Below the pieces are notes generated by a model. That model was not told where the DNA came from. It searched no databases and was given only the letters and a program-made list of their open reading frames with translations. A stretch of 53,144 nucleotides of DNA from a bacterium. Lineage in GTDB: Bacteria > Patescibacteriota > Patescibacteriia > Patescibacteriales > UBA12465. Positions 1 to 8,600 of the stretch are shown piece by piece (the stretch's first letter is position 1; each line of letters begins with the position of its first letter). Made by a program: the position numbers and the translations under genes. The stretch covers positions 1-53,144 of the forward strand of contig DAONDZ010000006.1 in NCBI GenBank assembly GCA_035402825.1, read 5' to 3'.

Positions 1-254
1 ATTTTCATTATATGAACTCATAGAGAAAGTGTCTAGGATTTGGGGTACCTGCCATCTTTGGTCGTTTTATTTCCATCGTTTGGATAGCAATGACATTTAT
101 CGCTATTTTTCCAGCGCCTTGCCGTATAATACTCTGGTGGTTCTTCCTAATTTGCAACCGTCAGTTAAATAAGACTGTTTTAATCCTTCGCTTGCCAATA
201 GATTTCTATTGTTGAGCGAGGGATTTTTTAATTTCCAACCAGTACTAACCAAGA

Positions 255-283
255 TTGACAAAGCTAAATTTTAATAGTATATT
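255..283 (+). promoter_or_regulatory. sigma70-type promoter candidate
   Basis: TTGACA (255-260), 17-nt spacer, TATATT (278-283). Confidence 0.5.
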
Positions 284-359
284 TTTCTAATTCAGAAGTT
301 TTATTAGCACCTTAAAATCTAGATAGTCATATTCCGCTAACCTAATATTAGAAAAGATC

Positions 360-800
360 ATGAATGTAAAAGCAAAAACAAAAAGTTTATTATTAATTTT
401 ATTACTCTTGGCGGCGACTTCCTGCCAGAGAGAAAAAAGGAAGGTCATCATTGTCTCCGAAGTCACTCACCGCGATGCCTATTACCATGAGAATTACGAA
501 ACTGTTTATATCAAAGGAATCCCGGTGGAAAGGGATAACGGCTATGCCGTTTCCGGATGTTGGTATTTTGATATTAGAAGCATTGAGGATACTAACGGTT
601 TAAATATTCGCAGTGTTCATATTGATGAGGACATTTGGGGAAACGACAGCTATAGCCAAGGGGACACTCTGGAGATAAATCTCTGGGAATATCAAAAAAT
701 CTTTGCTGGTCCGCCTCAAAACAAAAATCAATCCGAAACCAATTATGGCGGAGTTACTATTATTAACAACATCGTTATTTCGGACACTATCTATGAATAA
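360..800 (+). CDS. hypothetical secreted or lipoprotein-like protein
   Basis: 146-aa ORF. N-terminal signal peptide KSLLLILLLLAATS-C with a lipobox-like Cys. No recognisable catalytic motif. Has its own promoter upstream and a hairpin terminator downstream. Confidence 0.6.
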   Translation: MNVKAKTKSLLLILLLLAATSCQREKRKVIIVSEVTHRDAYYHENYETVYIKGIPVERDNGYAVSGCWYFDIRSIEDTNGLNIRSVHIDEDIWGNDSYSQGDTLEINLWEYQKIFAGPPQNKNQSETNYGGVTIINNIVISDTIYE

Positions 801-811
801 GTTTGTAAAAT

Positions 812-838
812 AAAGAAGCTCTAAACCGGCTTCTTTTT
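812..838 (+). terminator. rho-independent terminator
   Basis: aaagaagc / 9-nt loop / gcttcttt followed by a T run. Confidence 0.6.
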
Positions 839-865
839 AAATTTCTGATAGATTTTTAAGGAGAT

Positions 866-889
866 AAACCCCGTTAATGCTGGGGTTTT
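866..889 (+). terminator. second weaker hairpin
   Basis: aaacccc / 9-nt loop / ggggttt. The T tract is short. Confidence 0.35.
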
Positions 890-904
890 ATTATGGCTTG
901 AATA

Positions 905-913
905 TGATATAAT
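905..913 (+). promoter_or_regulatory. extended -10 promoter candidate
   Basis: TGATATAAT, 28 nt upstream of the ATG at 942. Confidence 0.4.
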
Positions 914-941
914 TAAAGCAAATAATATTAATTTTAAATTT

Positions 942-1400
942 ATGCGACAAAGATTTGTTTTATCAGTATTAAATATTATAACACTCTGCATAGTTATTGC
1001 CGCAGTCAGTATATTTTTTGTTAATAGAGCTGAATGGATGGGGTTGGTATTAATTATTTTGGCTTTGCTTTGTATTGTCTCTCTTATTCCTTTTAAAATA
1101 GATTTGAAAGGAATCTTGCCCGATATCTTTTTTGGTTTGATAGATAATGGTATTCTAGCTGTCCTGGCTATCTTCGGCGGACATTTTGCCGGCGTGGCTG
1201 GAGCGATTATTGGTGGAGTGGTTGGTAATGCTATAACAGATGGTATTGCTGGTATATTTGAAGGGCATATGGCCGAAAAGCTAAGATTGAGGTTGATTCC
1301 AGAGGAAAGAACGATGTTGAAATCAGCCGTTGGAAAAATGGCCGGTTGTCTTTTGGGAGCAGGAGTTGTTTTGATTGTGGCTAATTTTATTAATTTTTAA
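942..1400 (+). CDS. small integral membrane protein with glycine-zipper helices
   Basis: 152 aa, about 4 hydrophobic helices. Gly-zipper stretch GVAGAIIGGVVGNAITDGIAGI. Confidence 0.6.
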   Translation: MRQRFVLSVLNIITLCIVIAAVSIFFVNRAEWMGLVLIILALLCIVSLIPFKIDLKGILPDIFFGLIDNGILAVLAIFGGHFAGVAGAIIGGVVGNAITDGIAGIFEGHMAEKLRLRLIPEERTMLKSAVGKMAGCLLGAGVVLIVANFINF

Positions 1401-1420
1401 TTATTAATTAGTTTGATATT

Positions 1421-1957
1421 ATGAGCGTCAAAATAATTTATTTTGTCCATGGGACAACCACGGACAATGAAACTGATAAATGTACAGGTTGGGCTGGCGG
1501 GGAACTGTCAGAGTTGGGCATCCGCCAGGCTAAGGATTTAAAAGATCAGATAACTGAGAAAGATTTTTCGGTTATGTTTTGTTCTGATTTAAAAAGAGCG
1601 GTAGACTCGGCTCATTTAGGATTTGATGGCTATTGTCCGATAATTCAAGATGAGAGATTGAGGGAATGTAATTATGGTGATTTAACTCAAGCCGATGAAC
1701 ATCTGGTTAATTATAGTAAACAAATTGACACCCCATTTCCTAACGGCGAATCAATGAAGGATGTTGAGAGACGGATAAGGAATTTCCTTAATTATTTAAA
1801 AGAGAACTATGACGGCCAATTTATTGCTATCATGGCCCACAAAGCGCCTCAGCTGGCTCTGGAGGTGATATTAAATGGCCAGACCTGGGAACAAGCGATA
1901 GAGGAAGACTGGCGCAATCGTAAAGCCTGGCAACCGGGGTGGGTATATAAGGCATAA
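1421..1957 (+). CDS. histidine phosphatase family (phosphoglycerate mutase-like) protein
   Basis: 178 aa. N-terminal IYFVHGTTTDNE (RHG-type motif with V in place of R), SDLKRAVDSA, and a C-terminal IAIMAHKAP histidine, as in the PGAM/cofactor-dependent histidine phosphatase fold. Confidence 0.75.
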   Translation: MSVKIIYFVHGTTTDNETDKCTGWAGGELSELGIRQAKDLKDQITEKDFSVMFCSDLKRAVDSAHLGFDGYCPIIQDERLRECNYGDLTQADEHLVNYSKQIDTPFPNGESMKDVERRIRNFLNYLKENYDGQFIAIMAHKAPQLALEVILNGQTWEQAIEEDWRNRKAWQPGWVYKA

Positions 1958-1994
1958 TCATTTATTAAAATTAAAACGGATAATATAAAAAGAC

Positions 1995-2375
1995 ATGAAA
2001 AAGATATATTTAATTTCTGGTCTAGCTATAATCTTCGGGTTGATTTTTGCTTTTAATCCGGATTGGTTCAGATTTTTTTGGGGGTGGCAAATTCTTTTGC
2101 TGCCACTCATCACAGGGATTTTTATGGTCTTGGTTCAAAATGAAGACCGGAGCTATAGATTTATTCCTAAACTTATTATCGGCTCATTATTAACGAGCTT
2201 TATTTTTGTGATCTTTTGGTGGGTGTGGCACTATGATCAAAGCGGCAATTTTTATATTCCCGAAGCTTTATATACCGCTTTGTTCTTTTCCGGGATAATT
2301 ATTTTTGGGGGATTAATTGGAATAGTTATCAGGGGAGTTATTTTGTTAATAGGGAAACATGATAAGAAAAAATAA
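1995..2375 (+). CDS. small integral membrane protein
   Basis: 126 aa, about 4 hydrophobic helices, Lys-rich C-terminus. Overlaps the next ORF by 17 nt. Confidence 0.55.
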   Translation: MKKIYLISGLAIIFGLIFAFNPDWFRFFWGWQILLLPLITGIFMVLVQNEDRSYRFIPKLIIGSLLTSFIFVIFWWVWHYDQSGNFYIPEALYTALFFSGIIIFGGLIGIVIRGVILLIGKHDKKK

Positions 2376-3324
2376 AAAAATAATATTTATTGGCTCAGGA
2401 ATACTAGTGGCAGTTTTGGCTCTGATATTTTTATTGTATCAGCCGATAATCTTCCAAGAGGGGAACCCTTGGCCCTTGGTCGAGGGAATAATACGTTTAA
2501 ATTTTACTCAGGATAAAATTGCTAGATTAGACATGGCGGGAGAAAAATATTTGACTAAGGACAAAAATGGCCGAGAATCTTTGGCTGGTTTGTTGAATGG
2601 TCAGGGATATGAATTTTTTGATCAGTTGGGGGCGGGTTATTTTTTTAAAGACAAAGACGGTGATACATTGGTTGCTACTCATCGTTATTATTCTCACCTC
2701 TATTCCATTTGGAGTTTGGTCATCACCAAAAACGCTAAAGAATCAATCGCTTGGCCAGAGTATATAAACGAGGAATATGGTTTTAGTTTTCGTTACCCGG
2801 CATTGTCTATTGATAATAAGTTTTGGACTAACTTTCCGGAGGGTCTAGATGTTTTGCTTCCTAACCAGGTGCTGAGTAAAGGCAATAATTTTTATCTTCA
2901 CCAGAAATATGATTTAGAAATTGATTGGCAGACAGGGAAGTCAACCAAAAAAGAAAATACTTTTGTTCCCGAATATGATCATACTTATAGCTATCTGTTG
3001 CCTTGGCATATTGTTATCTTAACTGTGGATGATGAGGCCGACTTGGATAAGGTTATCAAACAAAAGCTTGGTCCAGGTTGTAGCTATAAAACAAAGATAC
3101 CGACCGAATTCAGTGGTAATTATCGGATAGAAATAAACGGCGATGGTAAGGATTTGGGATCAACTTTGTGCCCAGTCAATTATGCTAATTATATAATATA
3201 TAGCCCAATCAAGAAGAGGATAGCTTTTTGGAGCACTGGACAGGAATGCCAGATTGGCCTGAGCTTTGATTCTGTAAATTGTTTTGATCAAAAAATATCA
3301 GATTCTTTCCATTTTATTAATTAA
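2359..3324 (+). CDS. membrane-anchored hypothetical protein
   Basis: 321 aa. Single N-terminal TM (IIFIGSGILVAVLALIFLLY) followed by a soluble domain with no motif I recognise. Terminator follows. Confidence 0.6.
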   Translation: MIRKNKKIIFIGSGILVAVLALIFLLYQPIIFQEGNPWPLVEGIIRLNFTQDKIARLDMAGEKYLTKDKNGRESLAGLLNGQGYEFFDQLGAGYFFKDKDGDTLVATHRYYSHLYSIWSLVITKNAKESIAWPEYINEEYGFSFRYPALSIDNKFWTNFPEGLDVLLPNQVLSKGNNFYLHQKYDLEIDWQTGKSTKKENTFVPEYDHTYSYLLPWHIVILTVDDEADLDKVIKQKLGPGCSYKTKIPTEFSGNYRIEINGDGKDLGSTLCPVNYANYIIYSPIKKRIAFWSTGQECQIGLSFDSVNCFDQKISDSFHFIN

Positions 3325-3345
3325 ACCAGCCAATAAATCTTAACT

Positions 3346-3373
3346 AAACGTGGCCCCCAAAGCCACGTTTTTT
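3346..3373 (+). terminator. rho-independent terminator
   Basis: aaacgtggc / cccccaa / gccacgttt followed by ttt. Confidence 0.7.
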
Positions 3374-3400
3374 ATTAAAGTCAAGATGGTCTAAATTTTG

Positions 3401-3430
3401 TTGACAAAATAGCCTTTTGAGTGCTATTTT
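3401..3430 (+). promoter_or_regulatory. sigma70-type promoter with extended -10
   Basis: TTGACA (3401-3406), 18-nt spacer ending TGc, TATTTT (3425-3430). The spacer contains ATAGC...GCTAT. Confidence 0.5.
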
Positions 3431-3464
3431 ATTTGATATTAGCCTTATTAACTAATCTAAAAAT

Positions 3465-4199
3465 ATGGACAGCGATGACATCAAAAAAATTGTGAAAGAT
3501 AAATATAGCGAGATAGCGACCGCTGGTTCCTCTTGCGGTTGTGGCTGCAGCAATGTCAAAAATGTTTCTCGGAGTATTGGCTATTCCGAGGAAGAATTGC
3601 AGATAGTCGGAGCGGCTAATCTAGGATTGGGGTGTGGAAATCCTTTGGCTTTTGGAAAAATAAAAGAAGGGGATATAGTTTTGGATTTAGGCGCTGGAGC
3701 GGGTATCGATGCTATATTGGCAGCTAAAAAAGTCGGACCAAGCGGCAAAGTGATTGGCGTGGATATGACTGAAGAGATGGTGCAGCGAGCCAAAGACAAC
3801 GCCGCGAAACAGAATATTACTAATGCCGAGTTTTTATTGGGTGAAATAGAGAATTTACCCTTAGCCGATAATTCGGTGGATACTATTATTACCAATTGCG
3901 TTATTAACCTCACCCCGGATAAGGCTAAAACTTTCAGCGAGGCCTATCGGGTTCTTAAACCGGGAGGCAAAATTTATCTCTCCGATATTGTGTTGCTAGC
4001 AGAGCTTTCGTCGGAGCAGAAAAATGATCGAGACCTCTTGTCGGGTTGTGTCGCCGGAGCTTTGCTCAAGGAAGATTATTTGGAGAAAATTAAAGCCGCC
4101 GGCTTTGAGGTACGTATTTTGCATGAGAATACGGCTATCAGCAAAGAACAATATCAGGGCATCGCTTTAGAGAGTCTGATGGTGGAATTAAGCAAATAA
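3465..4199 (+). CDS. arsM: arsenite S-adenosylmethionine methyltransferase-like class I methyltransferase
   Basis: 244 aa. N-terminal KDKYSEIA...GSSCGCGCS Cys cluster, SAM motif [22 protein letters not shown], and a further Cys in LLSGCVAG, as in the ArsM/Cyt19 family. Confidence 0.7.
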   Translation: MDSDDIKKIVKDKYSEIATAGSSCGCGCSNVKNVSRSIGYSEEELQIVGAANLGLGCGNPLAFGKIKEGDIVLDLGAGAGIDAILAAKKVGPSGKVIGVDMTEEMVQRAKDNAAKQNITNAEFLLGEIENLPLADNSVDTIITNCVINLTPDKAKTFSEAYRVLKPGGKIYLSDIVLLAELSSEQKNDRDLLSGCVAGALLKEDYLEKIKAAGFEVRILHENTAISKEQYQGIALESLMVELSK

Positions 4200-4216
4200 A
4201 GTAGATTGTTTTAACT

Positions 4217-4246
4217 TTGACAGAATAGCACTTTAAGTGCTATTTT
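4217..4246 (+). promoter_or_regulatory. sigma70-type promoter with extended -10, apparently leaderless
   Basis: TTGACA (4217-4222), 18-nt spacer ending TGc, TATTTT (4241-4246). Only 6 nt separate it from the ATG at 4253. A 9-bp perfect inverted repeat lies in the spacer. Confidence 0.5.
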
Positions 4247-4252
4247 TGTTAT

Positions 4253-4708
4253 ATGAACGATATCGAAATAATACTAGGAAATAGGGAAGATTTAGATAAA
4301 ATCGTGGCCTTAAACCAGGAGATATTTAAATCTCTGTATCAAACTGAGCCCTATTCTTTGCAAAAATATCAAGAAAGGTTATCTAGCCAAGAGCCGACCA
4401 TTTACTTGGTTAAATCTCAGGGCAGCTTAATCGGCAACTCCATCGCTTTTCCTCGCGAAGGTGATTTATATCTCTGGATTCTCGGCGTTCATCAGGACTA
4501 TCGACATCAGGGAGTGGCTACCCAGCTTTTGATATTGAATGAACAGGAAGCCGAAAAGAGCGGATATCCCAAGGTGGTAGTTAAAGTCTATAATGTTTCT
4601 AAAGATATGCTGCGGCTGCTTCTGGGTCGCGGTTATCATATTGTCGGTGTGGAGACCTCGGCTGAAGACGCTAAGTATAATGCTATTAATTTGGAAAAAA
4701 TTATTTAA
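4253..4708 (+). CDS. GNAT family N-acetyltransferase
   Basis: 151 aa. Acetyl-CoA motif A region GVHQDYRHQGVATQLL. Confidence 0.8.
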   Translation: MNDIEIILGNREDLDKIVALNQEIFKSLYQTEPYSLQKYQERLSSQEPTIYLVKSQGSLIGNSIAFPREGDLYLWILGVHQDYRHQGVATQLLILNEQEAEKSGYPKVVVKVYNVSKDMLRLLLGRGYHIVGVETSAEDAKYNAINLEKII

Positions 4709-4712
4709 CGGT

Positions 4713-5153
4713 ATGGGTAATATTGTATTGAAGCGAGCCACTCTAAAAGATGCTAAAGAGGTTTTAGCCTTGGAAAGCAGCGCTAATTCCAGAACCTATT
4801 CGGCCCGGATTAGTGAGAAAGCGTTAAATCATTTTATCAAGAATGAATTTGTTTTTTTGATCCGCAAAGGATCTAAAGTTGTCGGACTGATTTCTTATGA
4901 AGTCAAAAGAGGGAAGACTATGCATTTAAACGGCTTGGTTATCAAACCCGAGCTGCGTGGCCAGGGGTTTGCCCGACAAGCGTTGTCTTCACTATTGAAA
5001 AAGAAGTTAGGATATTCCCGAATTGAATTGGTGGTTCATCCTCATAATACCCCGGCGCTAACTCTTTATTTATCTTTGGGGTTTATGATTGAGTCCTGGC
5101 AGGATAACTATTTTGGCGATGGTGAACCGCGCTTGCTGTTAGTGAAAAAATAA
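4713..5153 (+). CDS. GNAT family N-acetyltransferase
   Basis: The ORF track starts at 4593, inside the previous gene. The ATG at 4713 (MGNIVLKRATLKD) lies just after the upstream stop. Motif A: IKPELRGQGFARQAL. Confidence 0.8.
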   Translation: MGNIVLKRATLKDAKEVLALESSANSRTYSARISEKALNHFIKNEFVFLIRKGSKVVGLISYEVKRGKTMHLNGLVIKPELRGQGFARQALSSLLKKKLGYSRIELVVHPHNTPALTLYLSLGFMIESWQDNYFGDGEPRLLLVKK

Positions 5154-5156
5154 ACT

Positions 5157-6671
5157 ATGAAAAATAAAAATAGATTTCTATTAATCGTGGCCTTTGTTTC
5201 CGGCTTTTGTATTATGGCTATGGAAATATCAGCCTCCCGCTTGCTGGCGCCTTATTTCGGCACCTCAATTTTTGTTTGGACTAATATTATCGGCATAGTG
5301 ATGGTGGCCCTATCTTTGGGCTATTATTTCGGCGGCAAATTGGCGGATCGGATCCCTAAGATTGAATTGCTTTTGAAATTGATTTTTAGCGCCGGTTGTC
5401 TGTTCTTGATAGTGCCGTTAATTATCAAGCCGCTCAGCTCCATGATTGATTTAGGCTCCTTAGGGTTGCATTCTTCCGCAGCTATTATTTTCATTTCTTC
5501 TTTGTTGTTAACCACCATTCTTTTCGCTTTGCCCTTGATTCTCTTGGGCATGGTTAGCCCGTTTATTATAAAATTATTTTTATTGGAAAAAGACAATCAA
5601 GTGGGAGAGTCGGCCGGTCGGGTTTCGGCGGTGTCCACTATCGGCAGTATTTTAGGAACCTTTTTGCCGACTTTGCTGTTAATTCCGGTTTGGGGAACTA
5701 GAGCCACTATCAATATCTTTGCCTTGATTTTAATCGCCTTGGGTAGCTTGGGATTTAGGAAGAAAAAGACTAATCTGTTATTTTTAGCTGTTCTCACCCC
5801 AGCTTTTTATTTCAGCGGGGCGCAGATTAATACTCAGCCGGAATCAATCTTTGAAGATGAGTCAGCTTATCAATATATCAATATTCGCCAAGATGCTCAG
5901 GGCACTAAATATTTGTCAGTGAACGAAGGCGCCGGGATTCAATCGGTCTATAACAGTGAGCGGGCGTTAACCGGCTACTATTATGATTATCTCAACGTCT
6001 TGCCCTACCTGCTAAAATCAGAGGAGCCTAAGAAGGTTTTAATCGTCGGCCTTTGCGGCGGCACTATTGCTAATCAGTTGAGTCATTTTTTCCCCGGAGA
6101 ATTAGAAATTGACGGAGTGGAAATTGATCCCAAAATTATCAACGCCGCCCAAAAGTATTTTAATATTAATCAGACTAATACCCAGATTTATAACGCTGAT
6201 GGTCGGATGTTTTTAGCCGGCAATTCTAAAAAATATGATTTGATTATTGTTGATGCTTATGCCCAGGAGTTTTATATTCCCTGGACTTTGACTACCCAAG
6301 AGTTTTGGGGATTAGTGAAAGAAAATTTAACCCCTACCGGTATTATGGCGATTAATGTTAATTCGGTCAGTCCTAGCTCTCGATTGTTGAAATCAATTGC
6401 TAATACTATGGCTAGCGTTTTTCCTAATACCTATATCACGCCGATCAAAGACGGCAATATTAATTATGTGCTCACCGCTTCTCGTCAGCCGCTTAACTTT
6501 TCCGATTTAACCGAAGCGGTGGAGAATAATGAGCTGAAAAGCTTGGCTTGGTCTTATCAGAACAATACGGAGAAAATAGGGTATGATGCTAACGCTATGA
6601 TTCTGACCGATGATCGGGCGCCGGTGGAGTTTTTAACCGATAGCATGGCTTTAGATTATTTAAAAAAATAA
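5157..6671 (+). CDS. fused polytopic membrane / spermidine synthase-like (aminopropyltransferase fold) protein
   Basis: 504 aa. The N-terminal half has about 7 TM helices. The C-terminal half carries SAM-fold motifs VLIVGLCGGTIANQL, GVEIDPKII and YDLIIVDAY, typical of spermidine-synthase-like proteins. Confidence 0.8.
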   Translation: MKNKNRFLLIVAFVSGFCIMAMEISASRLLAPYFGTSIFVWTNIIGIVMVALSLGYYFGGKLADRIPKIELLLKLIFSAGCLFLIVPLIIKPLSSMIDLGSLGLHSSAAIIFISSLLLTTILFALPLILLGMVSPFIIKLFLLEKDNQVGESAGRVSAVSTIGSILGTFLPTLLLIPVWGTRATINIFALILIALGSLGFRKKKTNLLFLAVLTPAFYFSGAQINTQPESIFEDESAYQYINIRQDAQGTKYLSVNEGAGIQSVYNSERALTGYYYDYLNVLPYLLKSEEPKKVLIVGLCGGTIANQLSHFFPGELEIDGVEIDPKIINAAQKYFNINQTNTQIYNADGRMFLAGNSKKYDLIIVDAYAQEFYIPWTLTTQEFWGLVKENLTPTGIMAINVNSVSPSSRLLKSIANTMASVFPNTYITPIKDGNINYVLTASRQPLNFSDLTEAVENNELKSLAWSYQNNTEKIGYDANAMILTDDRAPVEFLTDSMALDYLKK

Positions 6672-6683
6672 AAGAAAAAATAA

Positions 6684-7505
6684 ATGAGCAGAAAATTATC
6701 AATTATTTTAGGAATCTTAATCGCCGGCGGGGTGCTGTTTCTGTTTTTCCATTTTTTTGTTCAATCAGATGCAGATATCTCAATTCCTGAAGAAGCAAAT
6801 AATATTACTCCAGTTGATATTATTCCTACTTCCACCCCTGTTGTTGCTACCACCTCTCAGCCAGCTCCGGTAGTTGCGGAACCCATTCTAGCTACAACCA
6901 CTACCATTACCACCACAACTCCTAAGATTATTAAATTAATCGTACCCTTTACTGCGCAGGCTCCCTTTGGAGAATGGTCTGACCCTCGCCAGCAGAATGG
7001 CTGCGAAGAGGCTTCGGCGCTGATCGCGGTCTCTTGGGCTAGGGGGAAGACTTTTACTCTTCAGGAAGCTAAAGATACAATTTTGGCGATTTCTGATTGG
7101 GAACTGGAGAAATATGGCAGCTATCAAGACACTTCGGCCGCTGATACGGTGAAAAGGATATTCAATGAATATTTTGATTTCCATCAGGCAGAGGTGGTTA
7201 ACAATATTGTTATTCAAGATATTATAACTGAATTGAAGAATGGCAATTTAGTGATGGTGCCGGCTAATGGTCAGGCTATCCATAATCGGTTTTTTCAAGT
7301 GCCAGGCCCGGATGAACATATGACGGTGATTATCGGCTATGACTATCAGACCAAGGAATTCATCACTAACGACCCTGGCACCCGGCAGGGCAAGAATTAT
7401 CGCTATGATCAAGAAGTATTATTCAATGCTATTCGGGATTATCCCACCGGCAACCATTTGCCGATTAAGGGGGTCTCTAAAGTGATGATTGTGGTGAAGA
7501 AATAG
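6684..7505 (+). CDS. membrane-anchored C39-like cysteine peptidase domain protein
   Basis: 273 aa. N-terminal TM, Thr/Pro-rich linker, then QQNGCEEASALI (Gln...Cys), HMTVIIGYD (His) and TNDPG (Asp), as in Peptidase_C39-like proteins. Confidence 0.6.
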   Translation: MSRKLSIILGILIAGGVLFLFFHFFVQSDADISIPEEANNITPVDIIPTSTPVVATTSQPAPVVAEPILATTTTITTTTPKIIKLIVPFTAQAPFGEWSDPRQQNGCEEASALIAVSWARGKTFTLQEAKDTILAISDWELEKYGSYQDTSAADTVKRIFNEYFDFHQAEVVNNIVIQDIITELKNGNLVMVPANGQAIHNRFFQVPGPDEHMTVIIGYDYQTKEFITNDPGTRQGKNYRYDQEVLFNAIRDYPTGNHLPIKGVSKVMIVVKK

Positions 7506-7522
7506 AATTAATATTTTGAATT

Positions 7523-8071
7523 ATGAAAGAATTATTAAATATTGTTAATGAACAAGATGAAGTTATCGGTGAAAAAGATCGGGTGGAGATTCATAAAAGT
7601 GGCTGGCTGCATCGCGAGGTCCATGTCTATTTCGTGACGCCGAATAGAGAAATGATTTTTCAGCATCGCGCCAAGGATAAAGATACTTTTCCTGATTTAT
7701 TAAACGCCACCGTTGGCGGTCATGTGGAAATAGGGCAGAACTATGAAGAAACGGCCCTCAAAGAAACTGAGGAGGAAACCGGAATGAAAATCGCTGTTTC
7801 GGATTTAATCTTTATCCGCAAAAGACAAAAATGGTCGGAGAGCCCGGCCACCGGCAATGTCAATCATAATTTTTTAGTCCAGTATTTGTATATTTATCGC
7901 GGCGATATTAAAGACTTGAAAATAGAGGCTGGAAAGGCAATTGGTTTTGAAGCTATGGCCATTGAAAAATTGTCTGGCTTGAGTAAAGCCGAACAAGCTA
8001 GATTTATTCCTTTTGTTTTTGAATTCACCAGCACCGAGCTGGCGGAGTTTATTAAAGATTTAAAACTATAA
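7523..8071 (+). CDS. NUDIX hydrolase
   Basis: 182 aa. Nudix box GGHVEIGQNYEETALKETEEETG. Confidence 0.85.
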   Translation: MKELLNIVNEQDEVIGEKDRVEIHKSGWLHREVHVYFVTPNREMIFQHRAKDKDTFPDLLNATVGGHVEIGQNYEETALKETEEETGMKIAVSDLIFIRKRQKWSESPATGNVNHNFLVQYLYIYRGDIKDLKIEAGKAIGFEAMAIEKLSGLSKAEQARFIPFVFEFTSTELAEFIKDLKL

Positions 8072-8072
8072 T

Positions 8073-8501
8073 ATGAAAATAGTCATTTGCGGCAGTTCCA
8101 CCTTTAAAGAAAAAATGCTGGAGTACCGGGATAGATTGTCGGCCTTGGGTCATGAGCCGATAGTTCATCCGGATTACGAAGCTTTTGTTAAGGGCGAGAA
8201 ACAGGAAATTTGGGGGCAAGTCATGGCCGGAGAACATCATAAAGCTAAGCGAGAACAGGGATATATCAAATGGTATTATGACGCTATTTTTAACGGCGAT
8301 GCGGTTTTGATTTTAAATTTTGATAAGAAGGGGATTAAGAATTATATCGGCGGCAATACTTTAATGGAAATTAGTTTTGCCTATGTTAATGACAAAAAGA
8401 TTTTTTTGCTCAACCCTATCCCGGAAGAAGTGTCCTACGTTGATGAAATCAAGGCTATGGTGGATAACATTTTAGACGATGATTTGGATAAATTAATCTA
8501 A
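8073..8501 (+). CDS. nucleoside 2-deoxyribosyltransferase-like Rossmann protein (tentative)
   Basis: 142 aa. MKIVICGSS start, DAVLILN...YIGGNTLMEISFAY...KKIFLL pattern resembling the Nuc_deoxyrib_tr-like fold. ATG lies 1 nt after the NUDIX stop. Confidence 0.4.
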   Translation: MKIVICGSSTFKEKMLEYRDRLSALGHEPIVHPDYEAFVKGEKQEIWGQVMAGEHHKAKREQGYIKWYYDAIFNGDAVLILNFDKKGIKNYIGGNTLMEISFAYVNDKKIFLLNPIPEEVSYVDEIKAMVDNILDDDLDKLI

Positions 8502-8521
8502 TTTGACTTAAATTATTTAAA

Positions 8522-8550
8522 TTGACAAAAATATAGCTTCATGCTATATT
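8522..8550 (+). promoter_or_regulatory. sigma70-type promoter with extended -10
   Basis: TTGACA (8522-8527), 17-nt spacer ending TGc, TATATT (8545-8550). The spacer contains ATATAGC ttcat GCTATAT. Confidence 0.55.
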
Positions 8551-8600
8551 TTTCTGTTATTTAGCTCATTCACAAAGATTATTAACCAAAACCGCCTGCC

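Noticed and set aside
1-359. An unannotated 359-nt stretch at the window edge. Minus-strand frames give short readable peptides (for example ...KNPSLNNRNLLASEGLKQSYLTDG... and ...CHCYPNDGNKTTKDG...) that vaguely recall a decayed HNH or homing-endonuclease-like gene.
   Set aside because: Stops interrupt every frame, there is no ORF of 60 aa or more, and I cannot defend any motif. Only the TTGACA-17-TATATT promoter at 255-283 is reported. A search would be needed to call a pseudogene.
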